From contig FLMG01001283.1 in the NCBI GenBank assembly GCA_900088475.1, positions 8,016-72,015 of the forward strand: 64,000 nt of DNA, read 5' to 3'. The position numbers and the translations under genes were made by a program. Below, piece by piece: positions 24,287 through 38,000 of this stretch (positions are counted from its first letter, which is position 1; each line of letters begins with the position of its first letter). The DNA comes from Hyphochytrium catenoides. Its lineage: Eukaryota; Protista; Hyphochytriomycota. The notes below the pieces were generated by a model. It was given only the letters and a program-made list of their open reading frames with translations. It made no database searches and had not been told where the DNA came from.

Positions 24287-26190
24287 TTGGATAACTATCA
24301 CGGAGAAGGAGGAACATTTGCATTGTATGGTAAGCTCGTTGCCACGAAGAAGGTCACAGCGGCTGGAACTATGACTCTCATAGTTCTCACCTGCACTGCG
24401 GCGGCATTGTTGTTTGGATATGGTATCATCACTCCGGCCATATCCATCTTATCCGCCCTGGAAGGCATCTCACAGGTCGAGCCTTCATTCGGTAACTACA
24501 TCGTGGGAGTCGCAGTGGCCATCATCATTTTCCTCTTCATGGTACAGTATAGAGGCACCAGGGCAATGGGTGTGATTTTTGGTCCCATAGTCTTCGTTTG
24601 GTTCACATCTCTCACTGGACTTGGTCTCTACAATCTCTGTAGCTATGGCGCTACGGTGCTCGGAGCCTTGAACCCGTACGCGGCGTTCAATGGTGGACCA
24701 CAGGATCGTTTTCAGGGTACAAGGCGTTCCAAAGTATGGCGAACGTACTTCTTGCTGTTACAGGCGCAGAGACATTGTTCGCTGACATGGGTCACTTTGG
24801 GAGGAAAGCAGTTAACGTTTCCTGGTTCTTTGTTGCGTTTCCTGCAATACTGGTGCAGTACTTGGGACAAGGCGCTTATATTCTACCCCTGCTGGATCCC
24901 ACTGTTACGTCAATGTCCACAGAAGACAAAATGGCTGCGCTCACCAGTTCCGTCTTCTGGGCGTCAGTACTCAAGAGCTCTCTCGTCTTCTACTACTTTA
25001 TGGTTGCCATCGCGACGTCGGCAACCATTGTTGCGAGTCAGGCCGTCATTACGGGAGCCTTCACGCTGATGAATTAAGCGTCAAGCCTAGGCGTCTTCCC
25101 TCGACTTAAGGTCGTCCATACGATTGCACAACAAAAGGGTCAAGTTTACATTGCTGCCGTGGCGCTGGTACAAGGGATTCTATGTGCGGTTCTTGTCATA
25201 GCCTATGAACATTCCTCAAAGTTGGCTGTTGCGTATGGGGTCGCCGTGACTTCTGTCTTCGTAATCACCAGCACTATCCTCTGCTTCTTCATTGCGCCAA
25301 TTTGCTGGAACCTAGCATGGTATGTCTACCTTCCGATGTTCCTCATTTTTGGGGGCGTTGATCTTGTACTCTGGTCTTCAGCCATGCAGAGCGAGGGTGC
25401 CAACAGGAGGTTGGATGCCGATCCTTGTCGCCTTTGTGATAATGGGAATCATGTATATTTGGACCTCGACGAGAAGCTGGGTATCAGCTTCCTTGGAATC
25501 ATTGAGGGTTGTCTATTTCTCCTCTCCAATCACTGGAAATGGCAAATATGGGATGTCACTCAAAGATCAACTTGCACTGTTGCATGCAACATACAAACCT
25601 GTACGCGGTGTCGGCATAATACTTATGGCGGACTCTAAGTAATTGATGCCCTTATCACTAGTCAGGCTTTCAAGAAGGCTTCATGTGATTCCAAGAATTG
25701 TGCTGCTGGTCACAGTGGAGTTCATTAACCGGCCATTCATTGGAGATTGGGAGCGCACGGCTTTCAAGACCTTGTCTGAAGAGTCTGACGAAGAAAGCTT
25801 GTCGTGTTCTGTTGTTGTCCGGTATGGCTGGGCTGAGCCTTTGTCTGCACTAAACGTGGTTGAGTTCTTGAGGTCTGCAGTAGTAGACAACAATGGAGAC
25901 AACAACGTTGTTCCTCCGGCCCTCACTCAGCTGTTTGAGAGTCTACAGTACCAGGAAGATCAAGACCAACTGTCCGCCTTCTTTGCTAACGACGACGAGG
26001 AAGAGCCATTATCAATCTTCACGACCTCAAATATCATCAAGCCGAAGCCTAGCCGTGGCATCATTGGTTGCGCATCTGTCAAGGGCTATATTCTCTTAAA
26101 GCAACTACTGTCCCCTACAACCGTAAACTTCTTCGGACTCCAATACAACTGGGCGTGGTGGTTCTGGTGTGAGCCATAGACATCCTGAAC
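24287..26190 (+). pseudogene. KUP/HAK/KT potassium transporter pseudogene (intronless, 5'-truncated)
   Basis: GEGGTFALY, ITPAISILSALEG, TGAETLFADMGHFG, ASQAVITG, FPRLKVVHT..GQVYI, AYGVAV, RYG motifs; frameshifts at ~24690 and ~25392, in-frame TAA at 25075 and 25640. Confidence 0.88.
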
Positions 26191-26239
26191 AAACAGACGA
26201 GTGACCCAATTTTCGTGGTGACCGGGAGCTTCAATTCTT

Positions 26240-26418
26240 GAGCATGTCATCATGCTGCCTTCTTAGTGAAGCTGCGACGTCAGAAGAACCTCTTCAACAA
26301 GCGACAGCCACGACGATGGGATGTTCAGAAGTCTTACAAGAATCTGACTTCCGTCTGAAGTACATCAAAGACGAAGATCAAGGAGGAACTCATATTGTTG
26401 CTGACGCTTTGTCTTGAT
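26240..26418 (+). mobile_element. Degenerate Ty3/gypsy pol RNase H fragment
   Basis: LRRQKNLFNKRQPRRW then EVLQESDFRLKYIK..G..HIVADALS resembles the RQxRW...LQEYDFxIxYxxGxxNxVADALS consensus; frameshifted. Confidence 0.65.
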
Positions 26419-28254
26419 GTAGTTAGCCTTGACATGTGAAGGGGATGCTAACCTAGAAAAAGCTCTCAAGTCTATCAGGCCTCTCTAGCTGATGATCAGG
26501 ACGGACCTGAGCTTTCTTTCCTTGATTGGTGACCTGATGACTCAAAGGCTAGCGAAGATGGTCACCCCCGAACCTGCCTTATATGACTCGCTACGTTTTA
26601 AGTTCTAAACTCCAAAAAAACTTGGTCCTTTGTCGTTGAATGAGGAAAGGATTATTGGTTATGATGATGCTTATCGTCTTTAGCTACGGGTATAAAGTTC
26701 CCTCCGTATTACATCTTTCGCTGTCAGAGCCGTATACCATCAACTACCCATTTGACGTCGGGCGCGGGCACTTTCCCATGCCGGTCGTCGCTGGTCTTCC
26801 GCCCCACCCGCCGCGTGATGATGACAGAGCCAATCCCTGTTCAAACAATAAAATCTGTTTCTTAAAGCGCGCAGTAAGGGGTGAGAAGAGTCCTTATCTC
26901 GCCAAATGGGCGGGTAATACTTCGAAATCCAACGCTAGTTGGGAAGCTGCAGTGAAGTCTTGCCCTATGGACAAGCATAACAACCCATTGACGCTGTTTA
27001 TTCACTTGCTAGACACTGCCTTGTCCTGTCTTCGGCCATTCAACCCATGGTGTTGACTAATACTTTCCTTCTTGGTATTTTCCTTGTCAGGAGCTCAATT
27101 AATGAAGGATAAGAGAACTGGTTTTCCATCATCATCTCAGAAGGTCAGATGTCACTTCGGATTGAAAGAGGTCCAAGCAGGCGTATACTCTCTGTTTAGC
27201 CTGACAAGATTGATAGTGAAAGTCTGTGAAGAACAGCTACTGACCTTGGTTTGCAACGGCAACACTTACAGGAGGGCCGCCGTCAGACAATTTGTGTCTC
27301 TCGCTAAAGGAAAAGACATTGGATTTTTTTCTACTCTCCTACGATTAGCTTGCCCAATTTTGTCTGAGTGCTAGGTTCAAGCTCTCTTCTACCTTGCTCT
27401 TCAAATGTTTGAGTGCTTATCTGAAAGTGCTTGTGCAAACTGTGAGACATTACCTCTTGCGTGCGGGGACAATTCCTTGTTAAGAGGCTCTTAACAGTCT
27501 AAAACACCCAGCACGCGGTAATGTATACAACGGCAACCTAATGTGGCAATAAATCTGAGGCGCACTACTTGTTGTCCGAATAGTCTTCCCTACTATTGAC
27601 ATCTACATGGCTGTACATGTGCATTCCTCCTGGTACTTTGCAGTTCACCAGAGGACCTGAGGCAGCCTTCTCAGTAATGGCATCGCATGATGCTGTAGTA
27701 GCGTATGGCGACATTGGCACTTGATGCAGTTGCTATTTGTTGGCTTGGACTTGGAGTTATTCTTGCATGGCTTTAGAGACGGCGGGAGATAGAAGTGCTA
27801 AATGTATGCAAGTCTTCTTCATCCATATTTCATCCATATTTGGAGTATGGGTCAGTGTTGGCAACGTTCTTGTTGAACGAGAGAGCCAAGGACACTCCTC
27901 GCTGATGATAGTAAGCACTGAGAATAGGGCTCTTCATATGGTTTTCACTGTTAACGTTGAAGGGATTCGGAGTAACAAGTTTCAATTGCTGAAAGGTTGG
28001 GGCTGTGTGACTCCGTCGTTCAATGCATTTGTTTGGCCAGCATACTGTCACTTTAGTCGCAAAGGACCCATCGTGGCATCTTTTGGCAGGGGCAAGCTAA
28101 GGATGTGTGCCGATGATCCCTGGCTACCATAGGACGTTCACGTCGAGGGTATGGATACTAATCCGTTTAACTTGACATTCTTGTTGTTGTTGCCACCAAA
28201 TGGAATCTAGCTCCCGGGCCCCTCGTCAGTCTGTCGTTAGGTAGGCTTGTAGGT

Positions 28255-30914
28255 TTACTGCTTCTCCGTGTCCTTTCTGCTATCTACTTCCCCTGGGGTC
28301 TCCTGGAGTTGCTGCGGGAGCGTGCCCGAAGCCTCTCCTAGCAGCGCTTCAAGGTTACCCTGACCTTCCTCAGGTGGTGATGCCTTCGTTGACATTTCTT
28401 TTGGCGGCAAAGGCAAATCCAGCACGGATGGCGTCAAGTTTGCTATATCGCTCTTTTCTTTGTCGAGACCGTCCTCACTTGACATAAGCTCTTTGTCCGG
28501 AAGATGATGAATGCTGGTGCTTCCGTCTTGCTTAGCAGCAGCCTCGGTCAGCTGTGACTTCACAGCTTTCTGGTCACTGCTGTCTTTTATAGTGGGTTCT
28601 GACCGAAGCGGTTGTTTGTCCAGTCCTATCTGGTCGGTCTTCCCAGCATCGCTTGACGGCACGTCTGGGACTACGTATGTTGGTCTTTCTGAGTTCACGA
28701 GGACGATTGGCCGTGGTGGCGGCTTTTTCTTAGGTGGCTTGGGATGCTGCTCGCGGTATTTCTCCTCTTCTTGCTTGAAAAGCCGGTCGACAATATCATA
28801 GAACTGGGTCTTGTAAGGGCCATAGAAGGGATCGTTCACCCTGCTGAACCATCGAGGATCAGAAGCACTCTCCGCTACATCCGGGACCAGAAAGTTAAGA
28901 CCCAACCTAAAGGAGAACTGGTTGTTGTTGTTGAGCAAGGAGCAGGCCAGTCAGCCCTGGATTAGTACCATGACATGGGGAAGAGGCATAGAGGTAACGG
29001 TCAAGCAAAGAGACACACATTATTCATAGTTGGTCTTATTGAAGAAGCGCTTGGGCGGAGAGATTACTAGCAGATGTGTCCCAGCAACCAACATATTATG
29101 GCCCCTGGTCGCAGATGGGTAGTAAGGAAGTCTAGCAGCCCAAGGAGGCAAAGGACAAACTGTGTGGAGAATGGTCTTCGAGCGGCCAAAACCTACCTCG
29201 TAATCCTTCCCAATGCGTGCAGCATGGGCAAACTGTTGAGCAGCTTGGTGGTGGGTGTTGCAGCAGAAGTCGAGCTCATAGTCATAAACAGCCTTTAGCC
29301 GGGTTACCATATCGGCAGAGGTAAGGGTCCACTTGTACTCGGTGAGCTGCTGCAGCGTCTAAGAAGCAGCAGGACTTAGATGGCCCCCTAACCGCCGTCA
29401 TAGTGAAGAAATTGCGACAGAGAGGTGATACAGTCGACACAATTCTCTCCTTCCCTTTCATGACTCTACTAGATCTCGCTCAAGTATGGGCTAAGGATGG
29501 AGGAGCCTTCATCCTCTCTCGCTACCTCTATCACTTATAGTAGATCGCAATCTTTTGTCTATCGTTACCCTCAAACCTCTCCCCGCACCCGTCTTCCACA
29601 GTCTTCTAAAGCTGCACCTAACTAGGGCGACGGTCCCATACCTCTTTGTCCTTGACAACCAGCTCCATAGGTTTACTGCCACCACCACCAGCCGCACTTT
29701 CTGCCGCCTGCTGTACGTGACTGTGTTGCCTGTCTGTGGGGCCTGAAGTGACGGTAGTGATCTCTCGACGACGCACCTTGATGTGTTTCAAGCTTCCATT
29801 CCAAGGAGAAGTGGGAAAAGGATTGTTAGAGGCATTGACTAGATCATCATAGATGTGGGTCAATGATGAAACGATGAGGGTCAGAAAGTACTACGGCGCC
29901 TTAACGGTTTACTGGCAGCTGACGGCGTGCTTGCATGCTTATGGAGTTGGGCACACCCGTTATCATCATCCCTCTCGCTCGTCAACTTACTATTGCGGTT
30001 CAACTCTGTACTCCTTCACTAGAGGTGTGTCTGCCAGCTGCAAAGAGAACGCCAAATCAGCCTGCTTGCCTAGAATAAAGAGCTTCTGCTCTGCTTGGTG
30101 CTTCACTTCCAGCGCTTTTCTCTTTGTGGCCCTATACTGGGCCTTAGACTTGATCGTGGCCTCTTCTAAAGTGTGCACTGTGCGCTTGTAAGCTTCACTT
30201 TGCTTTGCTTCCTCAATCTGATGGGACAGTTTCTCCGCCGCCTGTGAAGACGTCTCTCTCACTGTGTGAAGGAGTTGCGTCGACTCCTTCTCTAGCTTAT
30301 CGATATAGGGCTTCGCCCGAGTCTGAACGTAGATGGTGGCCCTACGAGTGGGCTCCTGGGACAACAGAGAAAGAAGCAACTGCTTTAGGATGATAATGTA
30401 GGAAAAGAGTCGAGATGGATAGAAGAGAGGAGCGCGCAACACAGGGAGCAGTATCAAGCCTGTCGTAGCGCTACAATCTAACCGCTTGCCCCTACTCTTG
30501 TCCTTCCTGGTCCTCGTACCACTATCTTCTCCTGCAAAAGCTTGTCTGCTGCTGCAAAAGCCTCTTTTGCTCCATTTACTCCGCCAGCAGGTCTTGTTCC
30601 TGACTCCGCTTCAAGAACTTTGAGAAGTTCTTGAGGCGGCTCTAGAGACGGTAAAGGTCATTAGCAAAAGGACCATTGTCGCAGGGGATCGAGCAAGGAT
30701 TGGGCCTTGAAAGGCCATCGAACAGACTACTTATTTCCTGGTGCGCGGAGTCAAGTTCATTATTACCTAAAAGAGGGTCTTTGACCTCACTTCCTGCGGG
30801 CTTGTTTGCACCTTCCTGGCGCTTACCAGCACCGTCACTAGTCGTCGTGGCTCCGAAGCCTCCTGGAACTGGCTCTTGTTGCTCTTCTTTCTTCACGGAG
30901 GCAGCAGCTCCCAT
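28255..30914 (-). CDS. Multi-exon uncharacterised protein (possible Gly2 myristoylation, coiled-coil, low-complexity tail)
   Basis: ORFs 30642-30914, 29990-30457, 29618-29863, 29020-29310 and 28255-28938 bounded by GT-AG sites. Confidence 0.65.
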
Positions 30915-33185
30915 TGTAAACAGCTCAGCGAGTAATAGAAGAGCAACCCCGGACTTGTGAGGTTAAATATTGTTCTGGTGCATGCACTATAAACATCAAA
31001 GTATTGGTTGGATGCTGCGTAATCCTGTCGGTAAGAAGACAGCCCAGAAAACCAGGCTGGCTCAGTTCTTGACGAGAGAGGTGTCAAGGTCCTTTAGTAG
31101 AGACTAATAGTAGATAGTGGAAAGAAGCAGGCAAGAAGACGACGACAGCTGGAGGGACTAGTGAAGCAATGGCCAGCACCACCAGCAGCTGATCCACAGC
31201 ACGACTTGCCCATCCTCCGCCTTCAATTGAGGGCCCAAGATTCGTACTGATAGCAGAGTACAGGCAACAGAAGGAAAGCTCATCAACAAACTACCTAGTC
31301 GCCGCCAGAGGAGAAGAGGAGGAAAGAGGCATCATCCAGCAGAGGGCTACCGAGGGCGGACTGACGCGACGATCGAAGAAGACGTAAGATAGTCATCAGC
31401 CCTTGGCCGACCCAAGTGAGGCCGGCCTTCCTCTTCCCATGGACCACCATCCCCAAGCGATAGGCGGTCGAGGCCGAAAGGAGGAGGGACACAGAGGGCA
31501 CCACACAATGAGAATCATCAAGCTCTGTCCGTTACGTCCCGTCCCACAACCCGTTAACGCCAATGTGGCCCCGTCCTTCTCCTGCTACTCGTAGGATTGT
31601 CATCATCATCGCTCTGCTGCTGGCGAGCACTCGGCCACTTTGGTCATCCATTAAATGATGACGAGGATAGCAGACTCTCAGTCGTGAAGAACTGGCTCAG
31701 AGCTACGAGTCTACCTTGGCAGTCCCTATTGGCGGCCCCGCTGCTGCTATATCTGCGGCGTGAAGTACTACTATCGGCAGAAACAAGCACTATCATCATC
31801 TTCGCTCTTGCAAGCACATGATGACCTGTTGCTGCTGCTGGCTTTTCTCCGGCTCCGCCTCCTCTCTTCTTCCTGGATAGTAACAACATCTCAAATAGGG
31901 CAATCGTCGGGGAGATGGTGTTGGTGGCGATGATGACGTGGGGATGCTCTCCTTCCTACGAGCAATAGTAGAGGTGACTGTCGGGGCTGTCCTTCGGTCC
32001 ATCAACCCGCCTTGACTGCTGTGATTTGCAGTGAAGGGAGGAAGGGTCATCAACGCCTCTTGATATAGCGGGCCAGCAGGAGGAACATGATTGGACAAGA
32101 CGCAGAGAGCTCCAGCGCAGAATTGAAAGCTGTCAGCTCTCGTCACCCAGCAGCTTGGGCTGATTGTGGTGGATTCATTTTGTTTTTGCTTCTGCTCGTG
32201 CTTCCGTTATCGCAAGGTCCCAAAACATTCCATGATAATGATCTTCTTAGCGACGCTACTATTCATCAACTCGCTCTTGCTGTTGTTGCTGCTATTCCTG
32301 GTTGTTGCACTAGTCATCTCGGCATGCAGCCGCGGACCCGCCTGGTCTCACTGCTGTGACTGCTGAGAGAGGAATGCCTGGGTATATTATTAATGGCCAA
32401 CACACTCTCAGGATTCCTGGTGGTGCTTCTTAGGCTAGCTCGTTGAAGCTAAAGCAGCCAGCTTAACAATAGACTGAGGAAGTACAAGGGCCCAAGGAGT
32501 TTAGTCAGCTTGAAGGTCAAAGAGCTGAGAGAAGCATCTCCTCAGGCTCGTTCTCGCTCTTCCGAGGTGGAGCATTTCTGCACAATAAGCTGCAAGCCAT
32601 CCATATTGCGCGTTCCCTGTTAATGCTAAGAGCTAGAGTGGCGACAGTAGCTCTGTCTTGAGTCTGACTGACCAGGGATCGGTCGGGTCATAGCATGCCA
32701 AAGATGACTTTGTGATCGGCCCATTAAGAGCCTTCCTCAGGATGGCACGGAAGAGTTCCCTCAGAGATGGTGACATGAGGAATATCGAGTAGCACTAACA
32801 TAAAAGGCAGTGCTTAAAGGATGAGTAGAGGATTCTAACAGCTCATGAACCCTCCTCCGCCCCAGTAGTCAGCATCTGTGGACTCACTGGTAGAGTGGAG
32901 ACCAATACCTCGCTCTCGTCTGGTAGGCGTTGCCTCCCATAAAAATCTTGATATACTCTCACTTCCGTATTGAAAGCATTTGAAGGAGAAAGGAAGCGTT
33001 TAGCTCTTACTCTTACAAAAAAAAATGATGTCTCGGACCCAGTAATCACCTTGATGCCTTGCATCTTGTTTCTATTCTTGCATCAGTCCCTATCATCTTG
33101 CTGCCTCAGCCTCTTCTTTAGTCTGCGACTGGTGAGAAAGTTGATGCATGGCACTGCTAAGAGGGCCCGACTTCAAAAGCGCCGG

Positions 33186-34363
33186 TCACTCAGGTGCTCC
33201 GGGAAGAATGTTTCGGCACTTGCCTCGGCTGAAGGACGTCCCAGCTGTGCAGCCCATCTCGTCGTCAATAAAAGCCCGCAAACTGGAGATGCGGCTGTAA
33301 ACGCCGGGCTGAGAGCGCCCACAGCCAATTCCCCAGGAGGTTAGGCCCACAACAACCGGGATGCTTTGATCCACGAACATTGGGCCGCCTACTCAAGCAA
33401 AGCTTCAGGCTCTAAATGCATGATACGTACAGACAGGCCTTCTTTTAGCGTTGACCATGGTATACCTGAGTCTCCTTGGCAAGTATCGACCCCTGGCTTT
33501 CCTGCGCAGATCATGACCTCAGGATACAGAACCTTGAAAGTTGGCTCGTAGAGGGCCTTACACCTAGCGCTAGGGACGAGCTCTACTTCGCCTTCTAAGA
33601 GCTTCGAACTTTCTTTGCCATCTACGGCCGTAGCCCCCCATCTGGATCAAAGCACATGGAAAGAGACAAACCCAGAGTGAGGCAATCCCGGAGGAGGCTA
33701 CCATTGAAAAGCAGAGCCCAAGAGCGTAGAGCTAAACACATCATAAATTTTTTTCTTGCGTCCGAGAGAATGACACTAACCCGAGAACCTTGAACTCTCG
33801 CGGCTGAGACTCGTCAGAGCTCTGGCCATCATCAAGCTCCGGATAAACTAAGAGCTCTGGCCCTCCAGTCACTCTGATCACTGCGATGTCATTCTCAGAC
33901 GTCAACCTATTGTACTTCGGATGTTTAGTAATGCTGGTAACATTCATCCTTAGACCCTGCTCTCTGGTGTCAGACCAATCATGTCGTTGGGCCTCTACCC
34001 ACATCTCTGACGCGGTGAAGATGGAGAACAAACAATCTGCCATAAGAGGGCAATAGAGGTCAACTTAGGCTCAAGTCGTGGGTGATCATTGAAAGCAAGG
34101 GGAGGCTGGATGAACTTACGGGCCGCGGTCAGCACCACATTTTTGCCAATGTATGCAGCTCCGCAGAAAGGACGTTTTCCATAGAAGGAATATTCTGAGG
34201 GGTGGAGAAGTCCAACTGTCCAATTGGTGTACCTAAATGGAGGTGCTTCTGAGCCCCCTACGATAGAGGGCTCAATAGCGGAGACGGTGCACCATCCATG
34301 TATAGCAACCAGAAGAAGAAGGAGGAGAGTTGGGGCAAGGTAGTATGACGTTCGAGAGAGCAT
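33186..34363 (-). CDS. Secreted trypsin-like serine protease (S1A)
   Basis: Signal peptide, IVGG, FCG..VLTAAH|C, NDIAV, DTCQGDSG|GP, TSWGIGC..PGVYSRIS; catalytic triad intact after splicing; may have a short extra 3' exon ending near 33083. Confidence 0.93.
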
Positions 34364-34377
34364 CTCATAAGCACAGC

Positions 34378-34413
34378 TAAAGATGTCTGCTATGTAAAGA
34401 TGTCTGCTATGTA
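34378..34413. repeat. Perfect 17-bp tandem duplication just upstream of the trypsin ATG
   Basis: taaagatgtctgctatg x2. Confidence 0.9.
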
Positions 34414-35018
34414 CCGCGTTACACGTGCACTAGAAGGAAGCGAAGTGTGAGCCGAGAGTATGAAGTTTCCTGTGCGATGGAGGCACCTTCGTACGAGCTT
34501 GGAACAACAACTGAGCTCTTCATGCAGTTCCCTCACCCAGACAGTCAAACTTAGTTAAGATGTATCTTCCTCCTGCAAGCTTCGCATGCTGCCCTTGTTC
34601 TCCTAGTGAGCAAATAGCTCTGCTGCTGCTAGAGCTACTAAAGGGTCTATCATCTTGGCCTTATTGCCCTTGGTCGTGGCGCTTCCAAGGCAGAGCTACA
34701 ATCGGTTCTTGTACTGCAGGAGCACGCCTTTTGCCTGGAGCTCTGCGCATCTGCGATAGAGCTCTGGACTAGAACTACTGTTTTATGCTTTATAATTCGG
34801 TCATCGTCCATGATGGGTGCTTATTAGTGTTGTAGTTGTACAACGTTAATAGCGAACTACAACGCCGTCACCAAGGAAACATCGCCTTACAACAACGACG
34901 AGGCAGTCAAAGGATACGTGCCTATTTTCGGCTTGTTTCGGCAGCTTCTCGTATTTCAAGTTCAAAGAGCTGTCACAGAGGAGCCATAAGGAGCCCGAGT
35001 GAGGAAAGAGCGCACGTG

Positions 35019-38000
35019 ATGGAGACTGCCGACGGCAGTAGCAGCTCCTCGCTGAGCCTGCGTGAAGACGGTCAATACTTCCTCGTTGCGTCCAATGCCG
35101 GTGATTTCTTTAGCTGCTGGCCATCACAATGAACTTAATATCCGTCTGAGATTTCCACTGACGCCGCTGATTGGGTCATGTATGGTCTACGGAGGGATCC
35201 AGATTGTCATGGTCATTTAGAACGGCGCCTTTTGGAGGTTGGAGTATACATGGAGCCTCGTCTCTCTCTTTGGTAGCACCAAGCTATGGCAGAGACTGTA
35301 GCTTGGAGTGCTAGGAGATCCAAGAGCAATTTGTCTGCATCACACGGTAAGCCCGCAGCTAAGGAGTAGTCGCTTAGACTCTTGCCTTCTAATGTTCGTG
35401 ATCTCCTCCTGTTGTCTTGACCACTCGGGAGCTAGATGCTCAACGCAAGCAGCAGTCGCAGTCCCTGGTAGATAGCTTGAATTCTACCCGACGTAAGCGC
35501 AATCGAACTGAACGACCCGCAGCATCTGGATTGCAGACAGCGACTTCGGTAGCTTACCCTACTGACAGACCTTTAGACGAGCTGCCGCCAAGGACCTGGT
35601 GGCTGAGCCAGGAAGACTGCGGCATCGACGGTCCCTCCCCGCGTCCTCCCCCAAGCTTTAGGGCTGAGCAAGTAGTCGTGACCAACAATCACCCTTCTTC
35701 CGGCTGCCTCTCCAGCTATGCAGCCGCTAGTTTTAAGCGTCATCTGCCGAGCAAGACACCATTAGGCCTACTGAAAGACGAGACACCATCCCCAGAAGAG
35801 GTGGGACAGACAGACCATTGTACCGGCCCAGGAACAGCAGCCTGGAAAGCTACACCTCCTGTGGGAGGAAAGATCGTTGACCTGTGCCCAGAGGAGAAGG
35901 AAAAGATCGCAAAGCTTATCAAGGAACTGTTAAAGGTTAGTATCGACTGGTTCGCCGCTCCCTAGACTGCAGCTAGCTCATGAATCTGTTCTCTTATATA
36001 ATTTAGAAAGGTGGAGATTACCGAGCTGTCATGAGGGAACTGGAGGAGGAGCGTCAGCGGCACAAGACAGCGCTAGAGAGGCTGAAAGAACAGAACTTGC
36101 GAATCGCCGAAGAGTCAACCCATATCCTACTCAATCTTCCATCTTCAGGTCGCCTTAGTCCACTTCTCTCTCTCCCTCTCGTTGGGTCTTCTTGCGTCTC
36201 CTTAACTTCTCACACTGTTGAGGGCAAAGCTTAGTGAGAGTGTGGCGATGCTGCGGGCTTGCGAAAAGCGGTTATCTGAAGCCGAACAAGTGAAGGGACT
36301 GGCTGTTGGTGATAGTGAAGGGGGGACCTCATCTTCCTCAGAGACAGGGCAGCAGACACTGAAAGTATGGAGTTCTATCTATTCCTCTCTATTCACTTCT
36401 GTTAGGGGTCAAGGATGTTATGGTGACCACTCCTTTCAAACTTGACTCCTTTGAGACCCAGTAGTATCCTTGGATTGCTACCATGCTGCTAAACACTCTT
36501 GGATGGCTTAGGAGGAGATTGCAGCGCTGAAGAAACTCGTTGAAAAGCAGTATACCCTCCTGCAGAACTTGAAGAAGGCGGAAGAGGAAGGACAAGTTGC
36601 AGCACACCAGTCATCACAGAAAGCAAGAGGAGTAACGCACGATGAAGTCGCTGAGTCTGTTCAGGTACAGCATCTCATCCTGTACTGCGTACTTGGGCCC
36701 ACTAACAAGCTCCCAAGAGCTCAAGTCCAGAGCTCCCTCCGCTTTCTCCTAGGGTAGATCATTCTTTGAGCTCGAGTGCCTTAAGCTCTTGTCAGGGGAC
36801 CAAAGCTCCCCGTAGTCCTTCAGCCAGCAAAGTGGAGAGATCCGGACCTTCTTCGGCTAGATCAGAAAGGAAAGAAACAACAAAACCTGATTCTGAGGAG
36901 GAAAAGGCAGAGTACCATGGTCTGGACGACCTTACAGCTGATCAATCACTTGATGAAAGGGAAAGAACAGCTTTTGCCTACTTTCAGAAACTGTTGGCCA
37001 TCCAGGTACTCCTCCTCTCTGTCCTTTTTTGCCTCCTGTGTTGAACTCTATTTTATTTCCACACTCAGACCATGCGCTCCTCTATTTCTCCTCCATCCCA
37101 ATCTTTCTCCGGGTCTCCTCTTCGTTGTGACTCTCTCTCTTTGGCCGTAGAATCTAGCTCAAACAAAACTAGAACTTAGAAAGCCTTGTGAAACCCACAG
37201 GAGGCCAATTGGTCACCCAGCAGTAAAGTAAAAGCCGGCCTCTCTAGCTTCTCGCAAGAGACGGCCAACAAGTCACCTCATCCTCAGAAGCAAGAGATTC
37301 TGCAACGCGAGAGAGAGGTCGCTAAAGCAGAATGTGCGAAAGACGAGACGCAAAAAGATAGGAAACAAAGTGATCCGTGGTCGCCTAGAAAGCCAGAGAA
37401 GCTCGTCACTCACTGGGAGAGCAATGCGATTCCTCAACCCACCCTAAAGTCCCCGCCTCAAGTGCCGCGGATAAAAGTGCCTCAGCAAGAGTGTCGCAGC
37501 GACAGCGGGCCTTTGCCTTTCCGGGCTCACTCTCTGGACAAAAAAAATGCGCCCAAAAGAGAGAAGGTTGATGGAAGAAGAGCAAAGAGCTTCTTCAATC
37601 GTGGACCCTTCGCGGGACAGAGGTGCGTCTATTAGTTCTACTGTCCATTTATGGTTTGTCTCTGATTGCTGGCCTTCGTAGTCCATTAGACGTACTGAGC
37701 CTCATTGAGGACTTGGAGGAAGGGAAGGCACAACAAGAGGTGAAACCAAACCTGCATCTCCATCCCGCCCAAGCCCATCAATACATCCTCGAGAACCTGC
37801 CAAGACCGGCAACACGAGCTGAACAGCGAAAAGGAAGGTCCTGCGTGTCTCAGTCTCCTTCTACCGCGAGCAACTACTCCAGCACAGCCTCTTCTGGAGA
37901 TGAGCTTCCCTCTGGCATTGCTGAGTCTGCCAGTTGGTCTCAGGTCTCCTTTCTCTCCCCGCCCTCCTTCCTCGACTTGCCAAGAGGCCGCAACAACGGG

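Noticed and set aside
25075-25642. In-frame TAA codons in KUP as evidence of stop-codon reassignment
   Set aside because: The same gene has frameshifts, and conserved genes (RPL23A, ING) end in TAA at the expected place
31100-32400. Short overlapping low-complexity ORFs (similar at 11800-13300, 26600-28200, 52200-53500, 59450-60250)
   Set aside because: No consistent exon chain or recognisable domain; may be decayed genes but cannot be supported
32843-33125. TGA-TGC readthrough or selenocysteine extension after trypsin
   Set aside because: No SECIS or domain evidence; an ordinary stop is simpler
34905-34920. GTATCCTT U12-like donor on the minus strand
   Set aside because: No associated exon or branch site found
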